Shown one piece after another: positions 15,350-26,945 of a DNA stretch of 64,000 bases (position 1 is its first letter; every line of letters begins with the position of its first letter). The notes beneath the pieces are model-generated. The model made no database searches. It saw only the letters and a program-made list of their open reading frames with translations, and was not told where the DNA came from. The stretch spans positions 94 to 64,093 of the forward strand of contig DASRIS010000186.1 of assembly GCA_035649895.1 (NCBI GenBank). Direction: 5' to 3'. The stretch is from Micromonosporaceae bacterium. GTDB lineage: Bacteria; Actinomycetota; Actinomycetes; Mycobacteriales; Micromonosporaceae. The translations under genes were made by a program, and so were the position numbers.

Positions 15350-16081
15350 ATGGGTGCCATGCCACCGCCTGTCAGCTCATCCCGGGCAGCCCGGCTCGCC
15401 GCGCTCGTCGTCGCGCTCGTCGTCGGTGCCGCCTGCTTTGTCGGAGGCACCGACGGCACCGACGGCACCGACCAGGGTGCGCCGGGCGCCCCCCGGCCGG
15501 ACGCGACCGAGTTCGCCCAGGACCTGCAGGGCGCGGCCGGCAGCGCCCAGGAGTACTGGCAGGCGCAGTTCGCCTCCGCCGGCCGCCGGTTCCAGCCGAT
15601 CCGGCGGATCATCCCGTACCGCCAGGAGGGCGAGGTGGAGTGCGGCGGGACGCCGCTACCGCGCAACAACGCGGTCTACTGCTCGGCCGGCGACTTCATG
15701 GCCTACGACGTGAACTGGGCCGCGGTGGCGTTCACCAAGCTCGGCGACGCGTTCGTCTACTACCTGCTCGGCCACGAGTACGCCCACGGCATCCAGGTGC
15801 GGCTCGGCGTGCGCTACGAGTACACCATCCAGCAGGAGCTGCAGGCCGACTGCATGGCCGGGGCCTACATCGGCGACTCGGTCCGGCAGGGCCAGCTGAA
15901 GCTGGAGGAGGGCGACCTGGAGGAGCTGCGCACCGGGCTCATCGCGGTCGGGGACGACCCGGACCAGCCCTGGTTCGCCCCTGGGGCGCACGGCACGGCC
16001 GAGGAGCGCACGGACGCGTTCTTCGCCGGGTACGAAGGCTCGCTGGCCCCGTGCAAGCTGCCCCTGACCGGGCGGCGCTGA
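15350..16081 (+). CDS. Secreted/lipoprotein neutral zinc metallopeptidase (YpfJ-like)
   Basis: Signal/lipobox ALVVGAAC. HExxH in YYLLGHEYAHGIQ with downstream QELQADCMAG. Confidence 0.75.
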   Translation: MGAMPPPVSSSRAARLAALVVALVVGAACFVGGTDGTDGTDQGAPGAPRPDATEFAQDLQGAAGSAQEYWQAQFASAGRRFQPIRRIIPYRQEGEVECGGTPLPRNNAVYCSAGDFMAYDVNWAAVAFTKLGDAFVYYLLGHEYAHGIQVRLGVRYEYTIQQELQADCMAGAYIGDSVRQGQLKLEEGDLEELRTGLIAVGDDPDQPWFAPGAHGTAEERTDAFFAGYEGSLAPCKLPLTGRR

Positions 16082-16125
16082 CCGCGCCGGGTGCGGCGGT
16101 CGCGGGTCCCGGCACACTGACCGAT

Positions 16126-16782
16126 ATGGGCCAGCTGGCGGCGGTGCTGTTTGACATGGACGGCACGCTGGTCGACAGCGAGAAGGTGTGGGACGTCGCG
16201 CTGGCCGAGCTGGCCGGGCACTACGGCGGGCGGCTCTCGGCCGCCGCCCGGGCCAGCATGGTCGGCACCAGCATGGTGGAGTCCATGACTATCCTGCACG
16301 ACGACCTGGCCCAGCCGTGGCGGGACCCGGACGCCAGTACCGCCTGGCTGGAGGCGCGGGTACGGCAGCTGTTCGTCGCCGGGCTGCTGTGGCGGCCCGG
16401 CGCCCGCGAGCTGCTCGCCGAGGTGCGTGCGGCCGGCCTGCCGACCGCCCTGGTCACCGCCACCCGCCGGCACCTGGTCGAGGTGGCGCTCACCACGATC
16501 GGGGTGGCCAACTTCGACGTGGTGGTCTGCGGGGACGACGTGGGCCGGACCAAACCGCACCCGGAGCCGTACCGGACGGCGGCGGCGCTGCTCGGCGTAC
16601 CCGTTGCGGAGTGCGTCGCGGTCGAGGACTCGCCGACCGGGGTGGCCAGCGCCCGCGCGGCCGGCGCGGTGGTGCTGGCGGTCCCCTGCGAGCTGGACCT
16701 GTCCGGCCTGGACGGGGTGGTGCACGTGCCGAGCCTGACCGAGGTCACCGTCGCCGACCTGCGCCGGCTGGTCTCCGGCTGA
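16126..16782 (+). CDS. HAD-superfamily hydrolase (subfamily IA)
   Basis: Motif I AVLFDMDGTLVDSE, motif II LVTAT, motif IV VAVEDSPTGVASARAAG. Confidence 0.8.
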   Translation: MGQLAAVLFDMDGTLVDSEKVWDVALAELAGHYGGRLSAAARASMVGTSMVESMTILHDDLAQPWRDPDASTAWLEARVRQLFVAGLLWRPGARELLAEVRAAGLPTALVTATRRHLVEVALTTIGVANFDVVVCGDDVGRTKPHPEPYRTAAALLGVPVAECVAVEDSPTGVASARAAGAVVLAVPCELDLSGLDGVVHVPSLTEVTVADLRRLVSG

Positions 16783-16873
16783 CCGGCCACCCCGGCTGAC
16801 CCGGCCCCGCCCCGGCCGCCCGGCTGACGCGGCCGGTCCCCCTGGCGGGACGGCGCCCGGCCGGCGCGTGCAT

Positions 16874-16900
16874 GGTGGGGGTGGCATCGCCACCCCCACC
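16874..16900. terminator. Perfect 12-bp GC-rich hairpin between convergent genes (candidate bidirectional terminator)
   Basis: GGTGGGGGTGGC-atc-GCCACCCCCACC, located between the HAD stop (16782) and the permease stop (16921). Confidence 0.5.
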
Positions 16901-16920
16901 ACCCCCCGTTGCGCGGGCCG

Positions 16921-19473
16921 TCACTCGTAGGCGATCGCCTGCAACACGTCGACCCGGGCGGCCCGGATCGCCGGAAGCACCGCAGCGACCACACCGACAA
17001 CGGCGGCCAGCGCGACATACGTACCCATCTGGGCCCAGGGAAATGCAAGTTCCGTGATCCCCTCGTCGTTCAGCGCCCGGACCACCGAGGTGCCCAGGCC
17101 CGTGCCGACCGCCACGCCGAGCAGCGCCCCGAAGACCGAGATCACCACCGACTCGACCGTGACCATCCGCATCACCTGGCCCCGGCGCAGCCCGATCGCC
17201 CGCAGCAGGCCGAGCTCGCGGGTGCGCTCCAGCACCGACAGCGCCAGGGTGTTGACGATGCCGAGGATGGCGATCAGGATCGCCAGCGCCAGCAGAACCT
17301 GGATCATGATGAGTATGGTGTCCAGCTGGGCCGTCTGCTGCCGGACGAACGCGGAGCGGTCGGCGGCCGACACCTCGGGGCTGTCCGCCAGCAGCGCCTC
17401 GATGTTCGGCAGCACCCCGGCCACCGTGGCTCCCGGCGCGAGCTGGATGAACGCCTGCGCCGGCTGCGGCACCCGGAAGTCGCGCGCGGCGCTCTCCGGC
17501 AGGAAGACCCCGCTCAGCAGGTCGGACTCGGCGAAGACCCCGGCCACCGTGTACGTGCGCGCGTCGCCGCGGGACAGCTGCACAGCGAGCCGGTCACCGG
17601 CCCGGACCTTCAGCGACGAGGCGGTCTCCGCGTCGAGGACCAGCTGGTCGTCGCCGAGCGTACCCAGGCTGCCCTGGACCGGGACGAGGCCGAAGATGTC
17701 GCGGGTCGCGGGGAGGTCGTGCACCGCGACCACGAACTGGGAGTCGCCGGCGACCACCGCCTGGTCGGCGTAGAAGGCGGACACCTTCGCCACTCCTGGT
17801 GTGGCGGCCGCGCGGCCCAGCACCTGCGCGTCGAACGTCGGCGGCAGCGGGCCGGTCTGCTCCCCGGCCACGAAGATCTCCGCCTGTACGGAGTCCCGGG
17901 CCAGCTTGTCGAAGCTCTCCGTCACCGAGGACAGGATCACGCTGACCCCGGTGACCAGGGCGATGCCGACCATCAGGGCGGCTGCGGTGATCGCGGTGCG
18001 GCGCGGGTTTCGGCCGGAGTTGAGCCGGCCCAGCTTGCCCGGCACCGACCAGGAGAACAGCCGGCCGAGCACGGAGACCACCGGGCGGGCCAGCACCGGG
18101 GTCAGCAGCGCGACGCCGACGAACGAGACGAGCACGCCGGCGAGCACTGTCCACAGTGTCGCGTCCCCGGCGTTGCCGGACAGGCCCACGCCGAGGGCTG
18201 CCCCGCCGGCGGCCAGCACGGCGGTGCCGGCCACGGTGACGCGGGTCAGCGGCCGGTCCGGGGTGGCGGCGTCGTGCATCGCGGCCACCGGGGCGACCCG
18301 TGACGCGCGTACCGCTGGCAGCAGCGCCGCGACGACGGTCACCAGCAGGCCGACGGCGAACGCCGAGACCACCGCCGCTGCCGGCACCCCGACGCCGACC
18401 AGCTCCAGCCCGCCGCCGCCGAGCCGGCCGATGGCCCACGCCAGCAGCGCGCCGACGCCGACGCCGGCGGCCAGGCCCAGCACCGAGGCGAGCAGGCCGA
18501 TGACGAGTGCCTCCAGCAGCACCGAGCCGACCATCTGGCGGCGACCCGCGCCGATCGCGCGCATCAGGGCCAGCTCGCGGGTGCGCTGCGCCACGATGAT
18601 CGAGAACGTGTTGAGGATGAGGAAGACGCCGACGAACAGCGCGACCCCGGCGAAGCCGAGCAGGACGTAGTTGAAGAACTTCAGGGCCTCCTTGAACTCG
18701 GCGCTGGACTGGGCGGCCAGCTCGGTGCCGGTCTTGACCACGTACCCCTTGCCAAGGGCGGCGGCTACCCGGTCGCGTACCTGCTCCGGGGTGACACCGT
18801 CAGCCGCGCGCACCTCCACGCTGGTGAAGACGTTGGGCTCGCCGAGCATCAGCTCCTGGGCCACTGGTGTGGCGAACGCCACGGTCTGCACCCCGCCGAT
18901 CGTGTCCCGGCCCTGGCTGTAGCCGAAGATGCCGACCAGCGTGAAGGTCCGCTTGGGCTGCAGGGTCAGCACGCCGACTCGGTCGCCGACCCTGATCCCG
19001 GCCGCCTTGGCCAGCGCCGCGTTGACCGCGATCTCGTCCGGCGCGGTCGGGCCGCGCCCCTCGCGCAGCTGTACGAGCTGCGACTCACCGGTCCAGTTCA
19101 GACCGAGCCGGGGCGGCCCGAAGGAGGTGACGACCTTGCCGTTGGCGCCGATCACCCGGGCGCCGTCGGCGGATGCGACGCCGGTCGCGTCGGCGACGCC
19201 CGGCACCGACCTGACCCGCTCGACCACGTCCGCGGGCATGTTGGTGAGCACCTGCTCGCCCTCGGTCTCCGCGAGCGCCACCTTCGGCTCGCCGCTGACC
19301 TCCACGTCGGTGGCTGAGTAGACGGTGGAGAAGATGCCGTCGAAGCTGCGCCCCAGCGTGTCGGTGAGCACGAAGGCGCCGGAGACGAACATCACGCCCA
19401 GCACGACGGCGAGGCCCGACAGGACCAGGCGCAGCTTGCGGGCGAGCAGGCTGGACAGGGTGGCGCGCAGCAT
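16921..19473 (-). CDS. ABC transporter permease with two FtsX/MacB-type modules (850 aa)
   Basis: Starts MLRATLSSLLARKLRLVLSGLAVVLGVMFVSG. Two FtsX-like 4-TM blocks each follow a large extracytoplasmic region. ATGA overlap with the ATPase stop. Confidence 0.85.
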   Translation of the reverse strand: MLRATLSSLLARKLRLVLSGLAVVLGVMFVSGAFVLTDTLGRSFDGIFSTVYSATDVEVSGEPKVALAETEGEQVLTNMPADVVERVRSVPGVADATGVASADGARVIGANGKVVTSFGPPRLGLNWTGESQLVQLREGRGPTAPDEIAVNAALAKAAGIRVGDRVGVLTLQPKRTFTLVGIFGYSQGRDTIGGVQTVAFATPVAQELMLGEPNVFTSVEVRAADGVTPEQVRDRVAAALGKGYVVKTGTELAAQSSAEFKEALKFFNYVLLGFAGVALFVGVFLILNTFSIIVAQRTRELALMRAIGAGRRQMVGSVLLEALVIGLLASVLGLAAGVGVGALLAWAIGRLGGGGLELVGVGVPAAAVVSAFAVGLLVTVVAALLPAVRASRVAPVAAMHDAATPDRPLTRVTVAGTAVLAAGGAALGVGLSGNAGDATLWTVLAGVLVSFVGVALLTPVLARPVVSVLGRLFSWSVPGKLGRLNSGRNPRRTAITAAALMVGIALVTGVSVILSSVTESFDKLARDSVQAEIFVAGEQTGPLPPTFDAQVLGRAAATPGVAKVSAFYADQAVVAGDSQFVVAVHDLPATRDIFGLVPVQGSLGTLGDDQLVLDAETASSLKVRAGDRLAVQLSRGDARTYTVAGVFAESDLLSGVFLPESAARDFRVPQPAQAFIQLAPGATVAGVLPNIEALLADSPEVSAADRSAFVRQQTAQLDTILIMIQVLLALAILIAILGIVNTLALSVLERTRELGLLRAIGLRRGQVMRMVTVESVVISVFGALLGVAVGTGLGTSVVRALNDEGITELAFPWAQMGTYVALAAVVGVVAAVLPAIRAARVDVLQAIAYE

Positions 19474-20231
19474 CACGCCACCGCCGCCGGGTCGAGCACG
19501 TCCAGCCGCTTCATGGTGTCCAGGACCGTCTCGGCCGTGGGGTCGGCCAGCTCGGCCACCACCTGGCCGTCGGCGAGGAAGACCACCCGGTCGGCGTACG
19601 AGGCCGCGTTCGGGTCGTGGGTCACCATCACCACGGTCTGGCCGAAGTCGCGGACCGAGCGGCGCAGGAAGCCGAGCACCTCCGCCCCGGAGCGGGAGTC
19701 GAGGTTGCCGGTCGGCTCGTCGGCGAAGACCACCTGTGGCCGGGCGACCAGCGCGCGGGCACAGGCCACCCGCTGCTGCTGCCCGCCGGAGAGCTGGGCC
19801 GGGCGGTGGCCCAGCCGGTCGCGTAGGCCGACCGTGTCGATGACCAGGTCGAACCATGCCGGGTCCGGCTTGCGCCCGGCGATGGCCAGCGGCAGCAGGA
19901 TGTTCTCCTTGGCGCTGAGCGTGGGCAGCAGGTTGAACTGCTGGAAGACGAAGCCGACCGCCTCGCGGCGCAGCCGGGTCAGCTTCGTGTCGCTGAGGCC
20001 GGCCAGCGGCGTGTCGCCGACGTAGACCTCGCCGCGGGTGACCGTGTCCAGGCCGGCCAGGCAGTGCATGAGCGTGGACTTGCCGGAGCCGGAGGGGCCC
20101 ATGATGGCGGTGAACTGGCCGCGGGCAAGCTCGACGCTGACCCCCCGCAAGGCGGCCACCTGGGCCTCACCCGCGCCGTACACCTTCCACACGTCCACCG
20201 CGCGAGCGGCGGGCGGCGCTACCGTCGTCAC
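19473..20231 (-). CDS. ABC transporter ATP-binding protein (MacB/LolD-type)
   Basis: AAGGAGG SD 5 nt before GTG 20231. Walker A GPSGSGKST, signature LSGGQQQRVACARA, Walker B VFADEPTGNLD. Confidence 0.9.
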   Translation of the reverse strand: MTTVAPPAARAVDVWKVYGAGEAQVAALRGVSVELARGQFTAIMGPSGSGKSTLMHCLAGLDTVTRGEVYVGDTPLAGLSDTKLTRLRREAVGFVFQQFNLLPTLSAKENILLPLAIAGRKPDPAWFDLVIDTVGLRDRLGHRPAQLSGGQQQRVACARALVARPQVVFADEPTGNLDSRSGAEVLGFLRRSVRDFGQTVVMVTHDPNAASYADRVVFLADGQVVAELADPTAETVLDTMKRLDVLDPAAVA

Positions 20232-20418
20232 CGAAGTCCTCCTTGTCTGGGCCGGCCGGACAGCCCCGGCCGGCGACCCCATCGTCTCCGGTGCACGCCA
20301 GCCCCGGCGTCGGCCCGCGGTCGGATCCGGCCGCCCATTCTGGGCTGGGGGAGCGCCCCTACCCGCAGTCAGGGTTGCCCCTGACCGGCAGCACCCGGCG
20401 GCGGATGCCGGCTCGCCC

Positions 20419-21090
20419 TCAGGCACCGGGCCGCACCAGCCCGGTCTCGTACGCCAGGACGACCGCCTGTACCCGGTCGCGCAGCCCCAGCTTGGTCAGC
20501 ACGTGCCCGACGTGCGTCTTGATGGTGGTCTCGCTCACCGACAGCGCACGGGCGATCTCCGCGTTGGACAGCCCACGCGCCACCTGGGTGAGCACCTCCC
20601 GCTCCCGCTCGGTGAGCACGTCCAGGATGCGCGGGGCGGTGGCGTTCGGGTCGGGCAGGGCCCCGGCGAACTGGTCGAGCAGGCGTCTGAGGATGCGCGG
20701 GGCCACCACCGCCTCGCCCGCGGCCACGGTGCGGATCGCGGTGACCAGGTCATCGGCTGGGACGTCCTTGGCCAGGAACCCGCTCGCCCCGGCCCGCAGC
20801 GCGCCGACCACGTACTCGTCGAGGTCGAAGGTGGTGAGGATCAGCACCCGGACCGGCAGCCGGGCGTCCACGATCGCGCGGGTGGCCGCGACCCCGTCCA
20901 TGCGCGGCATCCGGATGTCCATCAGCACCACGTCCGGCAGCAGGCGCCGGGCGAGGTCCACCGCCTCGGCCCCGTCCCCGGCCTCGCCGACCACGTCGAG
21001 GTCGTCCTCGGCGCCGAGGACCATCCGGAACCCGGTCCGCAGCAGCGGCTGGTCGTCGGCGAGCAGGATGCGTACGGGTCGATGGGTCAC
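20419..21090 (-). CDS. NarL/LuxR-family response regulator
   Basis: RILLADDQPLLRTG ... VVLMDIRMPRMDG receiver, then LTEREREVLTQVARGLSNAEIA HTH. GTG start at 21090. Confidence 0.9.
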   Translation of the reverse strand: MTHRPVRILLADDQPLLRTGFRMVLGAEDDLDVVGEAGDGAEAVDLARRLLPDVVLMDIRMPRMDGVAATRAIVDARLPVRVLILTTFDLDEYVVGALRAGASGFLAKDVPADDLVTAIRTVAAGEAVVAPRILRRLLDQFAGALPDPNATAPRILDVLTEREREVLTQVARGLSNAEIARALSVSETTIKTHVGHVLTKLGLRDRVQAVVLAYETGLVRPGA

Positions 21091-21094
21091 CGGC

Positions 21095-22249
21095 TCACCC
21101 GCCCGCCGCCGCGCCGTCGAGCTGGTCGGCGGGGATCGTCGCGACCACCCGGAACCCGCCGCCGGGGCGGGGGCCGGTGCGCAGCGTGCCGCCGTAGAGG
21201 GCGACCCGTTCCCGCATGCCGAGCAGCCCGTGGCCGACCTGCTCCCCATCCGGCGGGGGCCCGTGCCCGGTGTCGCACACCTCCAGCGTCAGGCGGCCGT
21301 CGGCGACGCCGAGCCGTACCTCGGCGGCTGCCGCGCCGGCGTGCTTGAGGGTGTTGGTCAGCGCCTCCTGCACGATGCGGTAGACGGTCAGCGCCACGCC
21401 CGGGTCCAGCGGCCGGGGGTCACCCTCGATCCGCAGCGTCACCGGCAGCCCGGCCTCGCGGACCTGCTCGACCAGCGCGGCGATGGTGCCGAGCCCGGGC
21501 TGCGGAGCCAGCTCAGCCGCTGGCTCCGCCTCGGTGCGCAGCACGGAAAGCAGGCGGCGCAGCTCGCGCAGGGTGGTGCGGCCGGTCTCCTCGATCGTGG
21601 TGAGCGCCTCGTCCGCCGCGTCCGGGTCGCGGCGCAGCACCCGGCGCGCCCCGGTGGCCAGGACGCCCATCACGCTGACGTGGTGGGCGACGACGTCGTG
21701 CAGCTCCCGGGCGATGCGCCGGCGCTCCTGGGCGACTGCCTGCTCGGCGCGCGAGCGCAGGTGCTCCTCTGCCGTCCGCGCCCGTACCCGCAGCGCCGCC
21801 GCGTACGCCCGCTGGTTGCGCACGGTCCGGCCGACCAGGAAGCAGACCACCGCGAGCAGCGCGTTGAAGGTCACCAGGTAGCCCGCGGCGACGCCCGGCC
21901 AGGCACCGGCTGCGCCGGCGGCCAGCGGCGGCGCCAACATCAGCAGCGTGGCCAGCACCGCCCGGCGTGCCGGCAGCCGGGCGGCGGCGGTGTAGGTCAG
22001 CATGCCCGCGGCGCTCCAGACCAGGGCCGCCGGCAAGGACTGCGGCCACAGCTCGCGGAGGCCGGCCAGCCACAGCAGCATCCCGACCGCGTAGAGGACG
22101 AGCGCCAGCAGGGCGTCGGCGAGCAGCGGCCGGCGCCGCAGCGCCTCGGCCAGCCAGGGCCTGCCGCCTGCCGCCCGTCCGCTGCCGCCTGCCGCCCGCT
22201 GGCCGCCGGCCGCCACGGACCCGCCGCTTGCCCGCGGCTCGCCGGTCAT
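21095..22249 (-). CDS. Sensor histidine kinase (HisKA_3/DesK-NarX type), membrane-embedded N-terminus
   Basis: Several N-terminal TM segments without a large extracytoplasmic loop. H-box RRIARELHDVVAHHVS. HATPase motifs LTNTLKHAGA and DTGHG. The start is uncertain (22249 or 22336). Confidence 0.85.
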   Translation of the reverse strand: MTGEPRASGGSVAAGGQRAAGGSGRAAGGRPWLAEALRRRPLLADALLALVLYAVGMLLWLAGLRELWPQSLPAALVWSAAGMLTYTAAARLPARRAVLATLLMLAPPLAAGAAGAWPGVAAGYLVTFNALLAVVCFLVGRTVRNQRAYAAALRVRARTAEEHLRSRAEQAVAQERRRIARELHDVVAHHVSVMGVLATGARRVLRRDPDAADEALTTIEETGRTTLRELRRLLSVLRTEAEPAAELAPQPGLGTIAALVEQVREAGLPVTLRIEGDPRPLDPGVALTVYRIVQEALTNTLKHAGAAAAEVRLGVADGRLTLEVCDTGHGPPPDGEQVGHGLLGMRERVALYGGTLRTGPRPGGGFRVVATIPADQLDGAAAGG

Positions 22250-22359
22250 GCAGCGACGGTAGCCCGGACCTGGCCACCGATCCTCACCCCAGGCGGCAAC
22301 CAGGCTCCACCCGGCGGTGGATGCCCTACTCATCAACAGTGCTCATCACGGCGCGCCCA

Positions 22360-23334
22360 TCAACGGCGCGGAGCCCTGACGGCCGCGGCAGGCTCAGCCA
22401 GGGCGGGCTCAGCCAGGTCCTCGGGCGCGACCGGGTCACCGGACCCGGCTGAGCGCTCGGGGAACGGCGGCGGGGTGCCGCCGAACGCGGGACAGTGCGC
22501 CTGGTGGGCGCACCAGCCGCACAGCCGGCTCGGCCGGGGACGGAAGTCGCGGGTCTGCCCCGACCGCTCGATGGCCCGCCACAACGCGAGCAGCGTGCGC
22601 TCGAACCGGAGCAGCTCATCGGCGCTTGGGACGTAGTCGCACACCTCCGCGTCCTTGAGGTAGAGCAGGCGCAGCACCCGTGGCACCACCCCGCGCACCC
22701 GCCACAGCACCAGGGCGTAGAACTTCAGCTGGAACAGGGCCTGCGCCTCGAACGCCTCGCGCGGCGCGCCGCCGGACTTGTAGTCCACGACCCGGAGCTC
22801 ACCGGTCGGGGACACGTCGAGCCGGTCCACATAGCCCCGGATGACCAGCTGGCCGTCGACAGTGGTCTCGACCAGGTGCTCGCGCTGCGCCGGCTCGATG
22901 CGCCGCGGGTCCTCCACCGCGAAGTAGCCGTCCAGCAGCTCCCGGGCGGAGGTGAGCAGCTCAACCTGCTCCTCGGCCGCGAACACGGTGGCCAGCTCGG
23001 GCTCGGCCTCGGCGAGCCGGGCCCACTGCGGCTCCACCAGGTCGGCCGCGACCGGCGGGGTCCGCTGCGGGGCCGGTAGGTCGAACAGCCGCTCCAGCAC
23101 CGCGTGCACCAGCGTGCCGCGCACCTGGTCCGCCGAGGGCTGCTCGGGCAGCTTGTCGATGGTGCGGAAACGGTAGAGCAGGGGGCAGGTCTTGAAGTCT
23201 GCCGCGCGGGATGGGGAGAGCGTGGGGAGCGCGGGCGCCGGCCCGGCCTGCGTCCGCCTTGTCTCCCGGGGCAGGGCCTCCTGGGGCACGGCCTTGTGGG
23301 AAAGCTCCGTCTCCTGGGACAGCTCCACCGTCAT
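22360..23334 (-). CDS. RecB-family PD-(D/E)XK nuclease with a C-terminal Cys cluster (Rv2119-like position)
   Basis: LSPSRAADFKTCPLLYRFR, GTLVHAVLE, VDRLD...VVDYKSG and C-terminal CGWCAHQAHCPAFGG. Confidence 0.75.
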   Translation of the reverse strand: MTVELSQETELSHKAVPQEALPRETRRTQAGPAPALPTLSPSRAADFKTCPLLYRFRTIDKLPEQPSADQVRGTLVHAVLERLFDLPAPQRTPPVAADLVEPQWARLAEAEPELATVFAAEEQVELLTSARELLDGYFAVEDPRRIEPAQREHLVETTVDGQLVIRGYVDRLDVSPTGELRVVDYKSGGAPREAFEAQALFQLKFYALVLWRVRGVVPRVLRLLYLKDAEVCDYVPSADELLRFERTLLALWRAIERSGQTRDFRPRPSRLCGWCAHQAHCPAFGGTPPPFPERSAGSGDPVAPEDLAEPALAEPAAAVRAPRR

Positions 23335-23396
23335 GCCATGAGGCTAGGTGACGGGTACGACATCGGAGCCCGTGGCGGGGTCCGTAGCATCGGGGC

Positions 23397-24545
23397 GTGG
23401 CTGACCGCCAGAGCGGATCCCGCGCACCCCGCCGGCCCGGCGTACCGCTGGGTCGGGTGCTGGGCGTGCCGGTCTTTCTGCACGCCTCGTGGCTGCTGCT
23501 CGCCCTGCTGGTCACCGTCAGCTACGGCCAGCTGGTCCAGCGTTCGCGCGACCTGTCGGCCGAGGCGGCGTACGCATTCGGCTTCCTCTTCGTGCTGTGC
23601 CTGGTCTTCTCGGTGCTGCTGCACGAGCTGGGCCATGCGGTGACCGCCCGCTGGTTCGGGGTGCGGGTCCGCGGCATCACGCTGGAGCTGCTCGGTGGCT
23701 ACACCGAGATGGAGGGCGAGGCGCCGCGCCCGGGCGTGGAGCTGGTCGTCGCCCTCTCCGGCCCGGCGGTGTCCCTGGTCCTCGGGGTGGCCGCAGCCGG
23801 CGCCGCAGCGGTGCTGCCGGGTGACACCCTGGCCCGCGAGCTGGCGTTCCAGCTGGCGGTCAGCAACATCCTGGTGGCGGTGTTCAACGTGCTGCCCGGG
23901 CTGCCGCTGGACGGCGGGCGCGCGCTGCGCGCGGCGGTGTGGGCGCTCAGCCATGACCGGCACCTCGGCACGCGGGTGGCCGGCTGGGTCGGCCGGGTGG
24001 TCGCGACCGCCTTCCTCGCCTTGGCGGTCCTGCTCTACACCGCCGGCGGCCTGGCGCCGTTCGGCATGCTGTTCATGCTGCTGGTGGCGTTCACGCTGTG
24101 GCAGGGCGCGAGCGCGGCGATCCGGCTCGCCCGGATCAGCTCCCGGTTCCCGCTGATCGACCTGCGCCAGCTGACCCGGCCGGTGTTCCAGGTGCCTACC
24201 GGCACGCCGCTGGCCGAGGCGCAGCGGCGTGCCGCCGAGGAGGGCCGCGGCAACGCTGCACTGGGCGTGGCCGACTCGGCTGGTCGCCTGGTCGCCCTGG
24301 TCAACGCTGCTGCCGCCGCCGCGGTGCCGGCCGACCGCCGCCCGTGGGTGCCGGTCGACTCGGTCGCCGCCAACGTGGCCGGCATGGGGGCCATCCCGAT
24401 CGAGCTGGCGGGTGAGGCGGTGATCGAGGCGGTCCGCGCCCAACCGAGCAGTGACTACCTGGTCACCTCCGGCGGGGACGTGGTCGGCGTCCTGCGCCTG
24501 GCGGACCTGGCACGGCTGCTCGAGGCGCGGGGACCGGCCCGGTGA
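23397..24545 (+). CDS. M50 site-2 protease family metalloprotease with a C-terminal CBS pair
   Basis: HELGHAVTAR HExxH, NVLPGLPLDGGR motif, multiple TM segments and a CBS-like C-terminus. Confidence 0.85.
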   Translation: MADRQSGSRAPRRPGVPLGRVLGVPVFLHASWLLLALLVTVSYGQLVQRSRDLSAEAAYAFGFLFVLCLVFSVLLHELGHAVTARWFGVRVRGITLELLGGYTEMEGEAPRPGVELVVALSGPAVSLVLGVAAAGAAAVLPGDTLARELAFQLAVSNILVAVFNVLPGLPLDGGRALRAAVWALSHDRHLGTRVAGWVGRVVATAFLALAVLLYTAGGLAPFGMLFMLLVAFTLWQGASAAIRLARISSRFPLIDLRQLTRPVFQVPTGTPLAEAQRRAAEEGRGNAALGVADSAGRLVALVNAAAAAAVPADRRPWVPVDSVAANVAGMGAIPIELAGEAVIEAVRAQPSSDYLVTSGGDVVGVLRLADLARLLEARGPAR

Positions 24546-24615
24546 CCGGGACAGGGCGTCGGCCAGCCAGCGGCAGAACCACCCCGGGTGACCGGGCGCA
24601 GATCATCGTTCCGCC

Positions 24616-24691
24616 TCAAGATCGCGATCGCGGCGTCAGATGTGCAGTGCGAGTGCGACTGCACATCTGACGTCTACGATCGCAATCTTGA
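24616..24691. repeat. 76-nt imperfect palindrome (long hairpin) in the 313-bp M50-trmI intergenic region
   Basis: TCAAGATCGCGATCGCGGCGTCAGATGTGCAGT - gcgagtgcg - ACTGCACATCTGACGTCTACGATCGCAATCTTGA. Inner 15-bp perfect stem, small internal loop, outer 15-bp stem with one mismatch. Confidence 0.7.
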
Positions 24692-24795
24692 CCGCGGCGC
24701 GGCCACGTCGACAGAGGACATATCGGAAATACGCCTATGTGGTATGAGCTAAGGTCCCTGGCCTCCGCAGCCTCCATGCCGGGGTACGTGCGTAG

Positions 24796-26417
<1,622 letters not shown>

Positions 26418-26552
26418 AGCACACCCTGCCGGATAGCCGACACCTCGTGCTCGCGGGGGCAGCCCGGCGTCCGCCTTGTCGGGACACTCAAGATTGTAGA
26501 TATAACGCATTTCACCACAGTGACCGCGGTCTCGCTGGCTTCGGCGGGAAGG

Positions 26553-26819
26553 TCAGCTGTCCGGCTGGCTCTCGGGCCTTACGTGGATGCACTCGCCGGG
26601 GCAGTCGCGCGCCGCGTCCAGAACCTCCAGCCGCAGGTGCTTGGGCACGTCCGTACGGCTGCCTGCGGTGGTGAGCAGCTCGCCGTCGCGGTCCTTGACA
26701 TAGGCCAGGCCGTCCACGTCGAACTCGAAGACCTCGGGGGCGTACTGGACGCAGAGACCGTCGCCGGTGCATAGGTCTTGGTCGATCCAGACCCGTAGTC
26801 CCGGCTGCTGCTCAGTCAC
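26553..26819 (-). CDS. Single-cluster ferredoxin
   Basis: RVWIDQDLCTGDGLCVQYAPEVF ... ARDCPGECIHV (CxxxxxC...CP pattern). Confidence 0.8.
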   Translation of the reverse strand: MTEQQPGLRVWIDQDLCTGDGLCVQYAPEVFEFDVDGLAYVKDRDGELLTTAGSRTDVPKHLRLEVLDAARDCPGECIHVRPESQPDS

Positions 26820-26945
26820 GCATTCGACCGTACCCCAGCGGGTTCCGTCGTTAACGATGCGGTAGACCCGGTGTCGGGTGGGGTACGAGGCGGCGGTCAG
26901 CAGTTAGGGTTGACACACGACATTTAGCCCCCGGGGAGGTGGGAC

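Noticed and set aside
13848-15365. 505-aa antisense ORF opposite the GH63 hydrolase. Similar long shadow ORFs occur at 24616-25893(-), 35522-36730(-), 41579-44440(+), 42282-44603(-), 47940-49922(-), 49445-51814(-), 53363-54421(-) and 55576-56829(+).
   Set aside because: All are Arg/Pro/Gly-rich with no motifs, and each overlaps a gene with strong family signatures. Stop-codon paucity in high-GC DNA explains them.
26908-26945. TTGACA hexamer at 26910-26915 as the -35 element of an arc promoter
   Set aside because: No TANNNT-like -10 lies 16-19 nt downstream (that position reads GGGGAG, which is the arc SD). It is probably a chance hexamer.
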